A DNA stretch of 64,000 bases, from contig NC_134026.1 of the NCBI RefSeq assembly GCF_964204645.1, positions 18,882,150-18,946,149 of the forward strand. Direction: 5' to 3'. The translations under genes and the position numbers were made by a program. The notes beneath the pieces were generated by a model. The model saw nothing but the letters and a program-made list of their open reading frames with translations, made no database searches and had not been told where the DNA came from. Origin of the DNA: Tubulanus polymorphus. Taxonomy: Eukaryota > Animalia > Nemertea. This document shows, piece after piece, positions 14,269 to 28,452 of this stretch (the first letter of the stretch is position 1; the number at the start of each line of letters is the position of its first letter).

Positions 14269-15619
14269 CATCAAGCACGAGGTAGTTACAGCCAGGACGG
14301 TCCAACAGAATATCAGATATAGAACATCGTATATGATAGTATTGTGAATAGGCAGTTCTCGGAAACATGCTTGCCTCCTTATAAAAAAACCTTTACCATC
14401 GTTGTGACGATTTCGTAACGCTTATGCCATTTTTTTATTACTTGGAGTTTTTTTTTGAGAAAAAAATTAGAGGGCGAACAAAAGTTTTTTTTTTAGTGGG
14501 CATTTTAAAATGGAAGGAAATGATTAAAAAAAATTTCTAAATTTTATTATTGAGTATTTTCCATATAAAACCTCAGAAAGACTGCAGAAAAAATGAGTAA
14601 GGATTGTGATGAATGTGATTCAAATGATGGGAGAAATGAAAAAAAACTAGCAAACTTTCTGCAAATCACATTTGAAAACTAAGATGAACATAATAATATT
14701 TACAAATTACTAGATTGAAAATCAAGACGGACATAACAAAACACAAATTTATTGAGAAATTGTGATGAAAACATGAAAGACCAAAAATTTTTTTTCTGAT
14801 TTGATAATTTTTACAGAATCTGTACTCCAAGTAATTGAAAAAAGGGCCTCAGCTTTCTTCTACAATCCATTACCGGTAAAGGAATCAATGGAGGCAGTCT
14901 TATTTTCTGGAAGGTCTGCCCGTACTCTTTAAAATGTACATGATCAACCTTTTGAGCATGAAATCTTGCACTAAGAATAAAAAAGGGTAAAATGTTTCCA
15001 CGAGCTAATATTTATGGACGTTTCCATTATTCCAGGAAGTCATTTTCAGGAATGCTTATAGTTCCTAGTGCGGGATTTTATATGATCTTTCAACTCGGAC
15101 AGAGCGTTTCATCTATGGTTTTCATTTGAGTGTCCCATACCAGTTGTGGACGCGGTCGGTTTACTTCGAGCGTACATTTCTATTTCTACTGCAGGTTTCC
15201 TCCTCAGAATTTCTCTCACTTTTGAGATATATATTTTCCAGGAATATTCATCTGAAAAATACGTAGATTTTTACGCGAATGTAATTCGAGATAGTTCAGT
15301 TTATTTCTGGAGAAAATATGGTATGAAAGTTCATTTTTCGAATGGCCTCCATTTTTCACTCAACTCGTAGAATTAAACGCGGATCCACCTCTTTGAGTAC
15401 GCGGTTAATCAAAACATACAACACTCGTTACATAAGAGGTATTTGGTGTGGCGTTGGATCTAAATGAAAAAGTTTATAATTTCTGTAGTTAATCGTGATT
15501 GTTTTATTTAATAGATTTTCTCGTTCGACAAGCCGAATTGCAGCCCTGTCTAACACTTAGCCGTAACGACTCTTGGTACTATGCAGGAAGAAGCTTATTC
15601 CATTGACACTATAGCAGCG

Positions 15620-15833
15620 CAGCGGCGCATCTAGGATTTTAGAAGGGTTCGCTATGAATAAGAAGCGCAAATATCCAAAGCAAGCGCCATTTTCATGCAA
15701 TCTGAGGGCGTTGTAAGTGAAAATCACTTGGTAGATACAAGGTATTCAGATCAAGTTGTTTTTTTCATCGGCACAAAGAAGGGAAAAAAGGGTGGATTTG
15801 AACCTTCTGAACCCACCCCTGGATCCACACCTG
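15620..15833. mobile_element. Degenerate hAT-like MITE
   Basis: Imperfect TIRs CAGCGGCGCATCTAGG / CCTGGATCCACACCTG, related to the 24108 element termini. Confidence 0.45.
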
Positions 15834-16877
15834 ATGTAACTAAGGCCTTTATTTCGATGACTTGGAGTACGGACAGTTTCAGAATGTTAGGAAAAATATT
15901 CTTATAATTTTGAAAAAATGACACTAGACTCAAAAATGTTTGATATGATTTTGGCAGAATTCCGGGTAGGAGAGATGGATTCCAGATGTTGTTTGAATTG
16001 CCAGTTATCTAAAAGAAAGGCATAAATACTGATTACAAAGCTCAAGCGTAGACAGGGCTCTCTTTCTAGTGAAATTTAAACTTTTTCAGATTAGGCACGT
16101 GCTGGATTTAAATCTTGTCATTCTTGATGTACTTACAATATGAATTTGCTTTATGCCTTGAAATGATTGATCGGTAAAAGGTATCGGCCTGAGAAAAGAA
16201 CAAAAGACTAATATGAATTTTAAGAATTATTTCATTGTAAGCCAGATAAGTTTTATTTTAAAATTTCTCAACTCTTTTTGATTGCATGCCGCATAACGTG
16301 GCAAAACCTTTAGCAAAACCTTTTTCAAGTGGATCACATAGTTTTTATATGTGAAAACATCTCGAAGTTATTTTAAAATTCAGAAATACATATATATATA
16401 TCTATTTAATTTTCAAGTCATATCGTAATTTTGTAGCTGATTTCATTTTCCATTGTCAAATGCTTGGAACAAATCCTGGAATGGAATTTTGTGATCAAAA
16501 TTGAAGATTACTTGTTGTAAAAGATTGCGAAGGTACCAGATTGTGATCTATTATTGATATACATCTAGTATGGGAATGATATAATTTCTTTAAAGGGTTG
16601 TTTGGTTTTTATGAATTGTTTTTGAATTAAGCAGTGATACTTTTGAGCGCTACGCTTGGAGAGTGTGTCCACACTCGCAAAATTCCATGTACTTCGTTTA
16701 CTGGGAAAATCAGAAATCTGGTTGCACGAATAATAGTATTAAAAAACTGCTTCGATTTCGATTACTGTGTAGCTGTTCAAATTGTTGGATCTTGTTAAAC
16801 AGAAAATTTGCTCCTGCATCCACCCCTGATTTTGTTCTTGCAGAGATTTAGAATGACTAAAGGCCACCACACACTTC

Positions 16878-17204
16878 AGCCGCGATCACACAGAGACAAT
16901 TTGGCCCGGGCCAAATTGGCACGGATCAGGTTCGGGCCAATTTGGCCCGTGCCTAATTAGAGAGTGCGTTCATACGCAAACCATTCACTCGATACTAAAC
17001 AATGCTCAAACAAAGCGAAGTGGATCATTTCCGGTGCCCGTTGCAATTCAAACGCAATCATTTGTGTGGTGCTAAAATTTGGCTCGGGTCTGGTCTGACG
17101 TTTTTGGTCAGGCCAAATTTGGCCCGGGCCCATTTGGCACCCGTGTGAACAGTTGTTCCGGGCCAAATTTGGGCCGGGCCGAAAATGCTCGTGTGATCGC
17201 GGCT
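16878..17204. mobile_element. MITE (PIF/Harbinger-like) with internal palindromic motifs
   Basis: TIR AGCCGCGATCACAC / GTGTGATCGCGGCT; repeated TTTGGCCCGGGCCAAA-type palindromes near both ends. Confidence 0.8.
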
Positions 17205-17331
17205 TTAATCAAAAATACACTTACCCCGATGATTGGCTCAATGGTTTCATTGATTAGTATACATTCAATGCGGTGGTTTACTCAATTGACTGTGAATTGA
17301 GTAAAACAAAGTAAAATAAATCCAAGCCCAG

Positions 17332-18132
17332 GGCCCGGTTTCACGAACGGGGATTGAGCCCCTAATTCGGGTTGATTGGTTAATTCAAATTAAAAGATGT
17401 TGAGTTTGTTTTTCGATGCCCGTTTCACACATGGGAATTGATTTTGAAAATGTAATGCTTCTATGGAGCAGGATTAAATTGGCTAATTCGACTTAGATAC
17501 TATGAAAATGGGCTACAGCGCTGTTAGGCAAACAACGAAAACATTTCGAATTAGTTGGCAATTTCAGCAATGAAGATATAATACTATTAGATCTATAAAT
17601 TTTTAGAATATTTTGAAAATCTCATTAGAAAATTCAATTTTACTGTATCACTAAAATTCTAATCACATAAAGATACTAAGCGCTGGAGGCATTTTATGAA
17701 TGAAACTTAGTTCATCTTATAGAATTAATACATTTTGTGGGAAGCTAATTGGAATTGACTTCAGAGATTCGTAGATAATGCTTCAGAGATAATTCGAATT
17801 GGTTAATTTTCCACTAATTCTCGTTTGTGAAACAGATTTAATCATTGAATCAACTAACCCGAAGTATGCTGAGCCTCGCTAGGAAACAACAAGCTTACAG
17901 CATAATTGTGGCCACTGTTTTCATAGTTTGAGAAAAGGGATGCAATTATTTTTTTTTCCATCGAACTATTAATTTCCCTTAATGTTCTCTGATATTACAT
18001 ACTATGAGCAGTCCTTGATATTTCAGGGTCGATTTTCGGTGTATCACACTTTTGATATGAAAATGGGCATTTCTTATTCGAATTATCACCTAATTTGAAT
18101 TAAGAGTTAACCCCTGTTCTTGAAACCGGGTC
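17332..18132. mobile_element. PIF/Harbinger-like non-autonomous element
   Basis: TIR GGCCCGGTTTCACGAACGGGG / CCCCTGTTCTTGAAACCGGGTC with 3-bp TSD CAG (17329-17331, 18133-18135). Confidence 0.75.
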
Positions 18133-18320
18133 CAGGGGCTCTCTGAAACCTTTGGAATAGATCGGATAATACTTGATTTGATCGTTGTTCATTTTTTTCT
18201 GGTTCATTACGCTAATTTTCAGGTAAAACGAATCGGGACCCGCAGTTTTTGGTTAAGTAAGATATGCATCATATCAGTTTCTGGGTAACCATAATATAAG
18301 ATGTTGTTCATAAGCATCAG

Positions 18321-18430
18321 GGGCAGGTTTTATAGACTGGTATTATGTTTAACCAGGAGGTTACCTCAATTCATTTTCAATTGAGTTAGCCCCCGGGTTA
18401 AACTTGATACCAGTCTATAAAAACCGGGCC
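18321..18430. mobile_element. Short Harbinger-like MITE
   Basis: TIR GGGCAGGTTTTATAGACTGGTAT / ATACCAGTCTATAAAAACCGGGCC with CAG TSD on both sides. Confidence 0.75.
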
Positions 18431-21400
18431 CAGGTTTTATCGTAATGTAGGACAGAAGCTGATTTAGTGAAAATTCTAAAGGTGTGTGGTGGAGTTTACT
18501 TATAGTGATAACGAATGTGATAGTTTGAACTATTATTATTATGTTTTTGTATTGTTACGAATGGATTCTTTTGAATAAGTAGATGACAATCTTGGATTAT
18601 TAGTAATGTAGTCTCTAATCATATAGAGAGGTTTGAAATTGGATCAGGCCATCAATTGAGATGATTTCTAGAGGTTGAAATGTATACATATCATAAATCT
18701 GTTGAATTGCATATTGGCTCTAACTGCCTCATGTACATATCACGAAATAAGTGTTCATGTGAGACGATATTACATTTAAGTTTTATACAGTGGTAAATTT
18801 CATAATTGATGTACATGTAAATGTGTGATTATACGAACATGTGGATATAGATTAATTTTTTATACTCTTAACAGTGCGGCAAAGTTGAGATTGAAATATG
18901 AAACAGCATTATGTTAGAATTCCATTGAACTGATGGAATGTGTGCACTTTGCCTCGATATCATTCCTCGATATTCAGAATAAGTGGCATTCTAAAAGAGA
19001 CTACTTTTCGAATCTCTTATTTTCGGTTCTCATATTTTGCACAGGCGTTATAACCTAAAATAACGTAACACAATGGAAGCGTACTAGCAATAAAAGTCAA
19101 ACTTTTTTTTCGTGAATGTTTTTCATCAGCTACAATAAAGAACGTCGATGTAAAATTGCCGGCAAATTGCACTACAATTGAATTGCCGTGCCAAGCGAAT
19201 GCACTATATGATCAGATGTGAGTGACTTTGGTGCAGATGATAGTCATGTGATCTTAAGAGTGAGGTTTGTTTGGAACAAAACGATGATTGCGTTATCTTT
19301 AAACTGGTGTATGACTCGATTGCTCCAATCGGCACATTTGTTCAGTAATGGCCTCGGTTTGGGTAAGATGGGCAAACGATTTATCCATGGTTAACTGGAC
19401 CGAACCAACCAAAATGGAGTATTCAAACATGGCTGGCTTATCTAAATCGTTGCAGTAATTTTGTTGGACAAACCACCAGTTTCGGCAGCCTCTATAAGCC
19501 TAAAAGTTAGGCTAAATCAAATCCTGTTGTTCTAGACAAATATGCCTAAGATGATGGCGTCCAGAAAAGTGAGTCAATAACACTAGTAAAGGTGGTCACC
19601 GATTGGCTCAATTGGTGAGGTTTGCAACGAAATTTACATCTCACGGACACACTAAGCGAAAATATTCACCGCGGTTCAATTTACAGTGGAAATATCAGTT
19701 TAATCAGTGCGATCTGTGATGTGCAAAAATTGTCTGCTGCCACGCGAACGCACCATGCAAATTTCAGTGCAAATATGAAATTGCAGATATCGTGCGAATA
19801 AATTCGCATAGTGTGCCCCCTCCCCGCTTGATAGAAATCAATTGTACGTATTTTGCGTTTACATTTGTTAGATGATTAAGAAGATATATTTAATGTCGAT
19901 GTTGAAAGATGTGTGATGTACATATTTGGTAAGCTCAATGTTTTCGTTTTTCAACTCGTATTCTTCAAACCTCTCCACGTGTGTAGATTAATCAAATTTT
20001 ATTCTTCCTATTGTACATATGTTCGTTGACGAATAGGTGCACGTTCTTGACATGTCATGCCATTGCAGTCTGGTACAGTATCTTGCTGTAGATATCCTGA
20101 CTAGGGTTACTGGGTGCACCAATAAAAGCGGACTGATTTAATGCCTTGTTCAGACCAATGAGAAACGCCTTGAAATTTAGGTGTACTAGTGTCTTATTTA
20201 ATAAGAAATAGGCATAAGGTTTTAATAAGAAATAGGCATAAGGTGTCATTTTGAACCAGATTTCGATGCAACATCAATCCGTTATTCAGTTAGGTAGGCC
20301 ATGGACTCTAAAACGAATTTAAGAGTTTGATGCAAGGGTAGGCCTAATCAGCTAGAATACTTGCATTTCATTTCCGAACCATGCAGTCTTGGACTTGGGG
20401 CTCTCAATGATGGAGACACTTTAATGGTCACTTGTCTTGGTATCAACCTGCTGCCTGTCCGTCAGGTAAAGAAAAATTATCAGAATGCTCTATCAAAATG
20501 CCTTGTGTCCAGACAGGAGACCTGGAAGTTTTGAGTAGAATGTGGCAGGGTACAGGGAGAGTACAGGGTACAGTCAGTAGATTGACTGTTGCGTTGATAG
20601 TCTTTCAGTTTTCAATTCAACACAGAACTCTATCGTAAATTACGAGGGGAGAGTTTATGATACAAATTTCTGATCCTTTCAGTTTCTTTTTATGCAGCTC
20701 CAGGTTCAGCACAGTAAAAATACTCTCAATAAGTAGTCAAAGTGTTTCATCAGATGAACTATTATACAAGAGTATTGAAATTAAGATTTGGATCAAATGA
20801 ATCCTTAAGTATTGGCCAGCCTGGCAGTTAGTGTGACTCCAGATAAGAATATAAATCTTTAATTTATGCAGCACAATAGCACATTTGATGATACTGTCAT
20901 TATGCTTTGTTCTGTATCGCATTTACAAAATTTCGAGTAGTGCAGTACAGAAGAAAATCGAGTGATGCTAGATGATAACGGTGCTAATATATGACTGCAA
21001 CTTCGAGTTCGAATTGTTGCACGATGCTGCTGCTGTTGCCCACACCCCTCTGCCGAGGCCTACTGGCTGATTTTTCATTAGTGGTAGATTGTCCGCAAAA
21101 TCCCCAGCTCCATTCAACTGGCAACTTTATTGCTATTTTCATCGAGATTAATGATTTATTGGGAGATTGATAGAATTTCTTTCCCACCATATTTTCAAAA
21201 TAGCTACAACCAGCAGGGAGGTGCCTCCCTGCTGCTGCAACTGAGTATGAGCATTTTCAAAGACAAAATCACAAGCAACATTTGTTGACGTTAATTTCTA
21301 AAAATTCTAAATGGCAACTAGACGCAACCCCTAATCCCAACTGATGATAATGTTGCTAATACCACCAATTACCGAGTAGAAACATAATTTTGATATATAA

Positions 21401-22526
21401 TTGGCGGGGTCTTGTAGTATGATATGGATTCAGGAGCTTTAAAATCTACGACTTTAATTTTAACAATTTAAGACCGGGACTGGGTCACCCAACTGCTGGT
21501 GTTGCGGTTCCCCATAACGTGTACATTGGCATGTAACAAAAAGGTTGCAGATGATAAGTATTTCATGGGATTAATGTATATGCTCGATTTGTCAATATCT
21601 AAATGTTAAGCAAGGAGTAGTTCTGACAAATTGCTTTAATTAAGATACGATTATGGTTGTCGTGTTCGGAAAGTTATCACATTCCTATACAATAAATTAA
21701 CCCATCAATTATAGTCCTGATATTATCATGGCACTTACTTTAGATTCTTTTGATACCTGTATGTCCGATGATCATCTTCATATTCATCTACGTAGATTCA
21801 TACACAAAACTCATTTCTATACGTATGTACCACTGGGGCGGTCTAATGAAAAACCCTTCGTGCAGTCGCTGCTGTGAGTGGCTACTTAATTTTTCAAAAT
21901 ATAAACACGGCGATTGAAACCAAACCATTTAAACCGAATCAGATTTCTCATGAAACTTAGCGCAGAAGAGAAAATCGTTGAGATAAAATAATCAGCATTC
22001 TTTCTATACGAGTAATCATCAGTATTTGAAGATGAAGTTTAGACAGACAGTTATTAGTGTATCGTGGATCGAAATCCTCTTGAGTATATATGTCTATTGT
22101 TGTTGTTCCATATCTCAATTTTAACGTGGTTCCTGATTGGATATTAGTTTTAACTAGTGATAATCGTTATTGATTAAACTGCTTTAGCTACTGCTGGACT
22201 AACCGTATAGGCTTACAATGTACGTATGTGTTGTCATGTTCGAAGCAAGTTGAAAAAACACGGAGCATTGTCCGATCATTGCACGGTATTGATACAGTTA
22301 CATATCGCTGCTCTTATGAAAATCAATCTTGCGAATTGCTGCAATGAGTTTCAATCAAACCTACTTGAAAAATTAGCATTTTTACGATATGAACCCCTAC
22401 CCCCTGTAGGTATTGTATTAATGTGGCGTATGGTGATTTGTATACCGATGAGCCCCATATATTTGATGTTCCCATTTATTTGATATGTATTAAAATTACA
22501 ATTATTTATTAGTACTAAGTATGTGT

Positions 22527-22841
22527 CATGGTTCCCACAGTTACATGAATTAAAAATTCCCAGGTTCATGGGTGATTTTTCAATTTTCCCAAGTGGAAAT
22601 GCACAGATACCATCATGCTTCAGTCACCATTTTAGTGGAGACTGGTTGATAAAGGTGATTCTCAAGGGAAATCGCTAAAGAAAGTTACCCTTGGCAAATG
22701 CAATACGTGAAATTTAAATAAATTTCCCAAATATTTCCCCGATTTGAAGTAAATTTTTTAAATTCCCAAATATCCAAACTAGGAATTATTATTTCAAAAT
22801 TCCCAAGTTTTTCCAAATTTACCTGTTCTGTGGTAACCATG
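22527..22841. mobile_element. hAT-like MITE
   Basis: TIR CATGGTTCCCACAG / CTGTGGTAACCATG; subterminal AATTCCCA repeats; flanks ATGTGT / ATGCGC. Confidence 0.6.
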
Positions 22842-23248
22842 ATGCGCAGGAACATCATTAGTTAAATATTAAGTTATGCAACTCCTTGATTGGTTTTATT
22901 AGTGAATCAAATAGTCACTTTTGTTTACAACCTCAGATAACACTATTCAATGCACACTCAGTGCCACACCTTTGACTTTTTTGCGAACAGAGCAAAAATG
23001 TAGGCTAATTTTGTCAAACCAGTGGCCAATTTGAAGCTACGTAAATGGCAAATTGAAGGAACTGGCAAACCTGATGCTTTGCCTTTTTTTTGGTCCACAT
23101 ATCCATTTTAAATTTTTTGAGAGAAGCCGCCCTTGTAGATACGACATTTCATGTTAATTCCACATGTTTGTTATAATCAAATTACACAAAAGAATTTGAA
23201 CTTGAACTTGGAAACCTGATTACAGTAGACAGTGGATTTTTTTGACAC

Positions 23249-23660
23249 TACAGGCAAAGCTCGTTATACCGCCAAAATCACCTATTGCCGTTATACTACC
23301 TCTCACCATCCGCAATTACGCCAACGCAATCCTAGAACGGTCCTATTCAAACTCATAGAAAAAACATTCGTTATACCGCCAACGATCTTTTGTCAATGAC
23401 CTTTCCAGTCTTTTGGTTAAGAATTGATACATGTGGTTGGCAGAATTACGCATAATCTTTTTCTATTATCTAAATGAATTGAGCTAAGACATTTACTCTT
23501 TCAACTAATGTCAAATAATGACTAATGTCTCTGGATTTGGTTGCTAATCATGTCTTGTATACTATGTCGCCATTTCGTTATACCGCCAAAATTTTGACGG
23601 ATATCACGTAAGTCAAATTTTCATGGCCCCCAAAGATCTGACTTTAGCGGCATTTACTGT
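23249..23660. mobile_element. Degenerate Tc1/pogo (Tigger-like) MITE
   Basis: Begins TACAGGCAAAGCTCGTTATACCGCC, internal repeats of CGTTATACCGCCAA, ends GCGGCATTTACTGT. Confidence 0.45.
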
Positions 23661-24107
23661 TTCATTTAGTCGAATATGACCACTAAGTGGCGTTGGAAGT
23701 GCAGCGACTGCAGCGACTGCAGCGGCAGAAGCTGCTGCAATAATGTACTGAATGACATTTTTTTCTTTTTTGACAAAATTTAAGTAAATTCACCACAGCA
23801 ACATATTATTCATGGCAATCTGAGCAAAATTGCTTCCAGCGCCCCAACCACTTCAGTGACACTCATGTGTTTAATGGATATAGAAAGGAAATTACATATG
23901 TAATTGTGTTCAATGAAAATAAACCAATTAATCATATTAATGGATGCTTAATGAGTAAAACGAATGATACACTGCATTTGTGTTGAAATATATTCATACC
24001 TACCATCATAGGATTAATTATCTCGTCAAAATGGTCACTCCAAGCTACCATACATGCACATGTATATATCGATACATGTTACTGCAGAAACGTACTTGTT
24101 ATCTAGT

Positions 24108-25029
24108 CAGGGGCGGATCCAGACCGTATTAGCCGTATTGCCCAATACGGTCTAGAATTTTTAAGTGCCCTTCGAAATTTCACCGGCAATATTTTTGACG
24201 GCATTATTTCAGCAACCGCTAATTCCGTGTCCAGAATCCGGGCATAATTATAAAATTAATCGGTAAATACTGCTGCCGAGAAAGTGAGGAGAGATAATCA
24301 TATTTGATATTAGGCCTTTTATCATGATAAAATTAAAAAGGGCACTTTCCTTTTTCAAGGGGCACTCATGCTTTAGATGAGGGTACCTTGTCCTTGCATT
24401 TTAAGGGAGGACTAAAGGGGGCACTCGTACTTTAGAAGAGGGCACTATACGCGGAAAATGTTGAAGAAAAGGGCACTTTGCCTTTTCAAGGGTCAGGCTT
24501 TAATTCGCGGTGAATGCTGAAGAAAAGGGCACTTTTGCCTAATTTTTAAAATTTTAGGGGCACTTTTGCTTTGGAATACGGCACACGACATACGGATAAA
24601 TGTGAAGACGAGGCAATTTTTGCCGATTGTTAACAATGAAGGGGCAACTTAGCCGTATTCTGTATAATTGTTAAGGGGCACTTTTAAAGATTATAGGGGC
24701 ACTAGGGAAAATATAAAAACAATGCCAGTGTTTTTCATGGGTGTCTTCTGTGAAATTCATTGCTGATCTTGAAGTTGGCGACAACCATTCTCTCATGGGT
24801 TCGCCAGCTTCATTTTTTATCCGCATCTGTTGAAATCTTGTCTCGGATTCGTTTATTCTGGATTGCTCTGCTAGCCTCTAGAAGCCCTCTAAAAGCCTTT
24901 AAAAGTTACCATATTTTCAAAGTTTTCGGCGCTCGCATTGACCTGGATACTGGGTGTGCCCTAAGATCGGAAGGGTGTCCTTAAATTTCCTTCCAATACT
25001 GTCTACTCATCCCCCTGGATCCGCCCCTG
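24108..25029. mobile_element. hAT-like non-autonomous element with 5-bp TSD
   Basis: Perfect 15-bp TIR CAGGGGCGGATCCAG / CTGGATCCGCCCCTG; flanked by CTAGT (24103-24107, 25030-25034); many internal AAGGGCACT motifs. Confidence 0.85.
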
Positions 25030-25815
25030 CTAGTCAAGCATCACAACTCCAGCTTCAACTCGTGCTAATTCATGAAATTTTGTTCTTACCATTTATCGCA
25101 AGTTTGTGCAATCATTATGATTGGCTGTCTCTCGCCAATTGATTAACATAATGTTTACTGTGTTCTCTTTTATATAAATCAGTGTATATACGATCATGTA
25201 CCATGTAATGTATTGTGTTTTTAAGACCTTTTACCGAGATTTTCATCCCCTATTCTATATACTGTATTTTAATAACGGTTAAGTATGAATTTTTGTGAGT
25301 GTTATGTATTACCGGTATTGTGAAATTATTGAATTTATTTCTGAAGACGCCATGATTGTACTCTTAAAAAACAGTGAACATATATCGTCATAAACTGTGG
25401 AGTCCATTGTCAACGGGCAATATTATTTGTGGCCTTGGTCATTGTTATATTTTGCTACTATTTTGTTATGTATAGTTTTATGCCAGAAAAAACCGATTCA
25501 ATTGAATGATATTATTAAATATATGTAACTATTCAGAAATATTTATTTTGTTCCCTGCACTACTTCGTCCATTCAGTGGATGTTGCCACAGAAGATGGCA
25601 TTTTTCCAGCAGAATAGGGCATCTTAAAATATCCTCTATTTTTTCTCCATTGCTTAAATGACAGTCTGGGGTTTCTGGGGTTCATGAAGTTTTTGTGTTG
25701 TCAACTCGCCCTGTAAGCAAGCAAGGGCCAAATTTGACTCCTAATCTGTGCCAAATCGTCTCCATGTAAATACGACTATCATTTCACAATTTATTAATTT
25801 ATCTGCTTTTCCATT

Positions 25816-25980
25816 TAAAGTTAACCTCGTCTTACTCGGACATGGCCAACTCGACTAACTCAGACAAAAACGAAGTTTTTTCACACTCCTAATGCATTTT
25901 CCTATCCTGAACTCGAACTTTGCTTTACTCGGAGCAATTTTGCCGGCCCAGTTTGTCCGAGTTAGGTGAGGTTAACTCTA
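25816..25980. mobile_element. Degenerate Tc1/pogo-like MITE
   Basis: TAAAGTTAACCTCGTCTTACTCGGACA / TGTCCGAGTTAGGTGAGGTTAACTCTA inverted termini. Confidence 0.6.
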
Positions 25981-27649
25981 CATGCATTCATTCATCTTGC
26001 AATGATCCAACACATCTTCAATTCTCTCAAATCCAATTCTATACTGATGAGTACACAGAGATTACAAAACATGTCATTTGAATTATTCAGCCTATTTATT
26101 TACAAGATTCATTATAATCTTAATACAACAATATTCACCTAGCAATATAACATCAGTTCATGTTCAGTTGACGCACGTAATGTACATATATTATTTCCAT
26201 CTATAGGCCTTAATTTCAATTCAATTGCGTAGAATGTAATGAATGCTACGTACCACGGTTACAACATGTGTATCTAACATCGCCGCCATATAAACCGAAA
26301 ACCAAAAATATCAACAGCAAAAGCATAGATGGGTTATCTAACAGAAATCAGTCTAGAGCATAGCATAGATGTTCGCGATCACTCATTTTCTCGATGAGAA
26401 AACTGAAGAGAAAGTTTACGCAATGAATTCTAGTTCGAAGAGTAGCAGGAATTTACACGGTATTTGATGAGAAAAACACGCTGGACAAAGATACAGTGGA
26501 GCCTTTTTGAATTCATATAAAAAAACCTGGATTCTGTGCAACGCAGTTGGAGCAACTATGAAATGTCGTGGAGAATTTTGAATATTTTTTCTAGGGATTG
26601 CGGAGAATATGAGGCAATCTGAATGAACTGTAGAAGATTGAGCCTCATGATTTTGATAATTTAAGAACTAACTTTTTCAGGTTATTGACACTGGATCATT
26701 GTTAGATACGATGGTTCCGCTGCGCAAGGCCAGTTGATTCCAACATAAGTGGGTGGTTTGCGAAATACAACAAGAAAAATGCAAAACTGCAAGCAACGAA
26801 AGATGACTAATTTAACTGCTGTACGAATTATTGCTTCGTTACACAAATTGTACGACCAGCGCCTGCCAGGGCAAGGTCTAGAGGTATGAAACAAATTTAT
26901 TGCTTTATATGCTTTAAAGGACAGCGTTTTTGGATGGTTTTTTGACCGAATATTTGGAGAAGTAGGTTCTGAGGGTAATACCATTTTTGAAATTGGAATA
27001 GAATTCGTCGGTTTTAGATCGAGTTTGCATGATAAGATTTTGCTTCCTTTAGTATTGCATTTCAACACGATTAAGAATTATAGGGTCCAGGGACACTATG
27101 CCATTTCGGCGAAATACTTGACAATTTCAATATTCAACACCTCCTGCTTGACAATTACAGAGACCAATGACATCAAAACTTGCTTCAATCATAGAACGTC
27201 ACAAGTTACAAATTTGCTATTCATTGTGGTTATAAAATATAGGTTTGCCAATAGAAAAATTCTTAATTCAATATTCAACTCCCTCTGGTGGGGCGGAAAA
27301 CTACATCGGTAATCCAAATTCCATGTGAAGAGATGTATCCTATGACAGCACTCACAATGGGATACACGCAACAAAACAACGGGTTATTCGATTAGTTCAT
27401 TTTTAATGAAATTTGAACTTGATTTTTAGGATTCCAAATCCAAAAATTATCAACAATCGTCGGATAGATATTAGATTCCTTTCTCACTCAGTGTATGGTA
27501 TTGATTTCACTGAAAATTGATTTACTAATGAAAAAAGTTGACTTGAATTAAATTGAAATGTAGAAGCGTCCAATCAACCATATTCTACTTGTGATGATAT
27601 CAAACATCAAAATAATTGATCAAGGCTATTCGTAATATCCCTACAAAAA

Positions 27650-27856
27650 TTCAAAATGTACACATCTTGCCACTTTGTCATTTTGGTTCTGGTGGGACCA
27701 GCGTTTGGGGCGTCAGCATATATAAACCAAATATCCACACAATAGCCAGTTGAGAACTTAAAAAAAAAAAGAAAACTTGATTCTGTCTTATGGGCGAACT
27801 TACGCAAAGTGAACACAATAGCCCGCTGGGGCTACGCCCAAAGTGGGCTAAAAAGT
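27650..27856 (-). mobile_element. 5' fragment of a HINE-family element, reverse orientation
   Basis: ACAATAGCCCGCTGGGGCTACGCCCAAAGTGGGCTAAAAA is the reverse complement of the 5' hairpin end TTTTTAGCCCACTT(T)GGG...CCCAGCGGGCTATTG seen at 42569 and 55640. Confidence 0.7.
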
Positions 27857-28112
27857 TAAACAATGTGATGACTGCACTACTATCATTTTCACTATCTATA
27901 ATAAGAGTTAGAAACGAATAACCAGAAAGAAAAGTAAGTAATTATGTACTTTAGAATCTGCTGCTACGAAAAAATTCTTATACTTTAATGAGTTATGGAA
28001 TAAAATTCATGGAATGTGAAGATGTAAAGATAATCAATAGCACGAGTAGTAGACAATGATGAATATGCACGTAGCTGTAATTGACAACACGAAATACAAT
28101 TTCCTAAAACCA

Positions 28113-28402
28113 GGGATCATTTATTACGTACGCATTACGTCACAATTTTCTTATCCGCTCACCCAATACTTTATTCACTTCTTTATCTGCATATTAAATT
28201 TCAGGTTTTCAGATATTTAAGGTTGTTTGTCATTTCATCGAGTACCCGTTTAAAACCAACAATTGTATTTATGATTTTGGTATTACACTTTACGTGTGCG
28301 CGTACGTATGTATGTACAATCACCTCTACCCCATCTGCCTAATATGCATTTGAACTGACCAGTCTCCCTCATCATAACATACTTTACGTAATGAATGATC
28401 CC
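28113..28402. mobile_element. MITE
   Basis: TIR GGGATCATTTATTACGTA / TACGTAATGAATGATCCC. Confidence 0.65.
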
Positions 28403-28452
28403 ATAATGTATCTAATGATTGATTTTAATTCGATCCAGTTTACAAGATTTAA

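Noticed and set aside
26682-27068. 128-aa minus-strand ORF
   Set aside because: No recognisable domain or supporting exon structure; the region looks like decayed repeat DNA.
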